A stretch of DNA of 19,919 bases from a virus (taxonomy: Duplodnaviria; Heunggongvirae; Uroviricota; Caudoviricetes): IMG/VR virus record IMGVR_UViG_2737471827_000004; one strand, 5' to 3'. This document shows positions 18,156 to 19,919 of the stretch, piece by piece. Each line of letters opens with the position of its first letter. The stretch's first letter is position 1. The position numbers and the translations under genes are program-made. Below the pieces are notes generated by a model, which saw only the letters and a list, made by a program, of their open reading frames with translations, did not search any database and had not been told where the DNA came from.

Positions 18156-18890
18156 TCAAACCACCACAGACTCTTCGTCGATGTAGTGCTTCTTGTTCAG
18201 CTTCTTAAAGTAGAGACGCCCAGTTTTAGGCTCAATGTAGACTTTCAGTCCATCATGCGTCTTAGCGTAGCCGGGTAAACGTCGCTTCCTTGGTTTATAC
18301 CCTTCAGGCTTGGACACCTCGTAGCGCTCGTCAGCTCGCTTCTGGTCTGCCTCTGTCCAGTCGGTCCACCCATCGTAGGCGAATTCACCGTGTAGCTTCT
18401 GACGCTGTTCCTGTAGCCAGACCATAAGCTCCCTGACCTCATAAGAGAGTCTCGCCCGGACCTTGCCGTCTATCTTAATACGCGCTCTGTAGCGACCCTC
18501 AGCTTTTACAAAGTCAATCCCTTTCGGCAAATAGTTCTGAAGTTTGCCTCCAAGGTTGTCTCTGTTCCACTGGTTCTGCTGTGGTGTAACTAGGCGCAGG
18601 TTGTCAGGATGGTCATTGAGTCGGTTACCGTCGATATGGTCAACGAACATTCCCTCAGGGATGTGACCCTTACACAGGCTGTAGATGACTCTGGAGCGAC
18701 GATAGCGCTTACCCAGTACAGAGACAGAGGCATAGCCATTTTGATGCACATAGAAGCTAACAGGCTCTCCTGTGGCGCGTTTAGATTGGCCGTAAGGTGT
18801 CTTGACTCGGAGTAGCTGAGGAATGGTTGGGTCAAAGGTGTAATGGTCGTACAGTTTGATTCGGTCTAGTGGCTTGGCTGGTCGGCCCAT
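18156..18890 (-). CDS. HNH endonuclease (244 aa), homing-endonuclease-like
   Basis: HNH motif VDHIDGNRLNDHPDNLRLVTPQQNQWN, flanked by basic beta-rich segments (GYASVSVLGKRYRRSRVIY; GRYRARIKIDGKVRARLSY) as in the DNA-binding modules of phage HNH homing endonucleases. Start ATG at 18890 is only 7 bp from resumed ynfE sequence. Confidence 0.8.
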   Translation of the reverse strand: MGRPAKPLDRIKLYDHYTFDPTIPQLLRVKTPYGQSKRATGEPVSFYVHQNGYASVSVLGKRYRRSRVIYSLCKGHIPEGMFVDHIDGNRLNDHPDNLRLVTPQQNQWNRDNLGGKLQNYLPKGIDFVKAEGRYRARIKIDGKVRARLSYEVRELMVWLQEQRQKLHGEFAYDGWTDWTEADQKRADERYEVSKPEGYKPRKRRLPGYAKTHDGLKVYIEPKTGRLYFKKLNKKHYIDEESVVV

Positions 18891-18897
18891 GATGGAT

Positions 18898-19914
18898 ACC
18901 CTCGTTAATCAGCATTCTGACATCAACAAAACGCATGAAATTCTGCAGGACGAATCGAAATGCGAAATGATTGTGATCATCGAAAACTTTATGACCTCAT
19001 CGGCAAAATATGCCGACATTCTGCTGCCAGACCTGATGACCGTTGAGCAGGAAGATATTATTCCTAACGACTACGCCGGTAACATGGGATATCTCATTTT
19101 CCTCCAGCCTGTCACCAGCGAAAAATTCGAACGCAAACCGATTTACTGGATCCTGAGTGAAGTCGCGAAACGTCTTGGACCTGACGTCTATCAAAAGTTC
19201 ACAGAAGGTCGCACGCAGGAACAATGGTTACAACATCTGTACGCCAAAATGCTTGCCAAAGATCCGGCGTTACCGTCTTACGACGAACTGAAAAAAATGG
19301 GTATCTATAAGCGTAAAGATCCCAATGGCCATTTTGTCGCCTACAAAGCATTTCGTGACGACCCCGAGGCAAATCCACTTAAAACGCCTTCCGGTAAGAT
19401 TGAAATTTATTCCAGCAGGCTGGCGGAAATTGCCCGTACCTGGGAACTGGAAAAAGATGAAGTGATAAGCCCATTGCCAGTTTATGCCTCAACCTTTGAA
19501 GGCTGGAACTCCCCTGAACGTAGAACCTTCCCACTGCAACTGTTTGGTTTCCATTACAAATCCCGTACTCACTCGACCTACGGCAATATTGATCTCCTGA
19601 AGGCTGCCTGCCGTCAGGAGGTGTGGATCAACCCTATAGATGCGCAGAAACGTGGGATTGCCAACGGCGATATGGTGCGGGTGTTTAACCATCGTGGCGA
19701 AGTTCGGCTACCAGCCAAAGTAACACCACGTATTCTCCCTGGAGTTAGCGCTATGGGCCAGGGAGCCTGGCACGAGGCCAATATGTCTGGCGATAAAATC
19801 GACCATGGCGGCTGTGTGAATACGCTAACCACTCTGCGCCCTTCACCACTGGCGAAGGGAAACCCGCAGCACACTAATCTGGTCGAGATCGAAAAAATAG
19901 TAAGCGTAAACTGA
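18898..19914 (+). pseudogene. ynfE: ynfE 3' fragment (C-terminal 338 codons plus stop)
   Basis: In-frame continuation TLVNQHSDINKTHEILQDESKCEMIVIIENFMTSSAKYADILLPD... to the stop at 19912-19914. The MIRSSGLAGRPMMD prefix of the track ORF is read-through of junction and insert sequence. Confidence 0.85.
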
Positions 19915-19919
19915 CCGCC

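Larger units (their letters stand above)
14028..18897 (-). mobile_element. Foreign ~4.87-kb insertion inside ynfE; phage-like gene cassette, all genes antisense to ynfE; no integrase or transposase
   Basis: ynfE-homologous sequence stops at 14027 and resumes in frame at 18898. Between them are seven tightly packed minus-strand genes with strong RBSs and stop/start coupling, plus a 0.77-kb non-coding repeat region. Boundaries are approximate to a few bp. Confidence 0.7.

Noticed and set aside
14028-18897. Intein or self-splicing intron interpretation of an HNH-containing insertion in a coding gene
   Set aside because: The insert has in-frame stops after 16 codons and its genes are on the opposite strand, so it cannot be an intein. 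There is no reverse transcriptase, and 4.9 kb with seven genes does not fit a group I intron.
18856-18897. N-terminal 14 residues (MIRSSGLAGRPMMD) of track ORF 18856-19914
   Set aside because: This is read-through of HNH-gene antisense and junction sequence in the ynfE frame, not a real start. The ynfE-homologous part begins at 18898.
1-19919. CRISPR arrays, tRNA/rRNA genes, IS elements or transposases
   Set aside because: No regularly spaced repeat-spacer array, no tRNA-like cloverleaf candidates at the att region or insertion junctions, and no transposase-like ORF or terminal inverted repeats were seen by inspection.

Overview
Enterobacterial (E. coli-like) chromosome. Bases 1-7257 are the integrase-proximal arm of a Qin/Rac-type lambdoid prophage: a YdaT-like/YdaS-like pair divergent from a CI-type S24 repressor, then ydfA-ydfB-ydfC, the DicF sRNA, dicB, ydfD, an intact 823-aa exonuclease, an excisionase-like gene and an intact tyrosine integrase abutting rspB. 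Bases 7445-12419 are core genes rspB-rspA-ynfA / ynfB-speG / ynfC / ynfD. The most interesting feature is that ynfE (Tat-exported molybdoenzyme) is split in two by a ~4.87-kb foreign cassette (about 14028-18897). The cassette is transcribed entirely antisense to ynfE and encodes an HNH endonuclease at one edge, a Rha/antirepressor-like protein, a strongly acidic 86-aa protein, three proteins I cannot assign, and a 51-aa single-pass membrane protein, plus a 0.77-kb non-coding repeat region. It carries no integrase or transposase. All identifications are from reading the sequence and recalled family knowledge; no searches were run.
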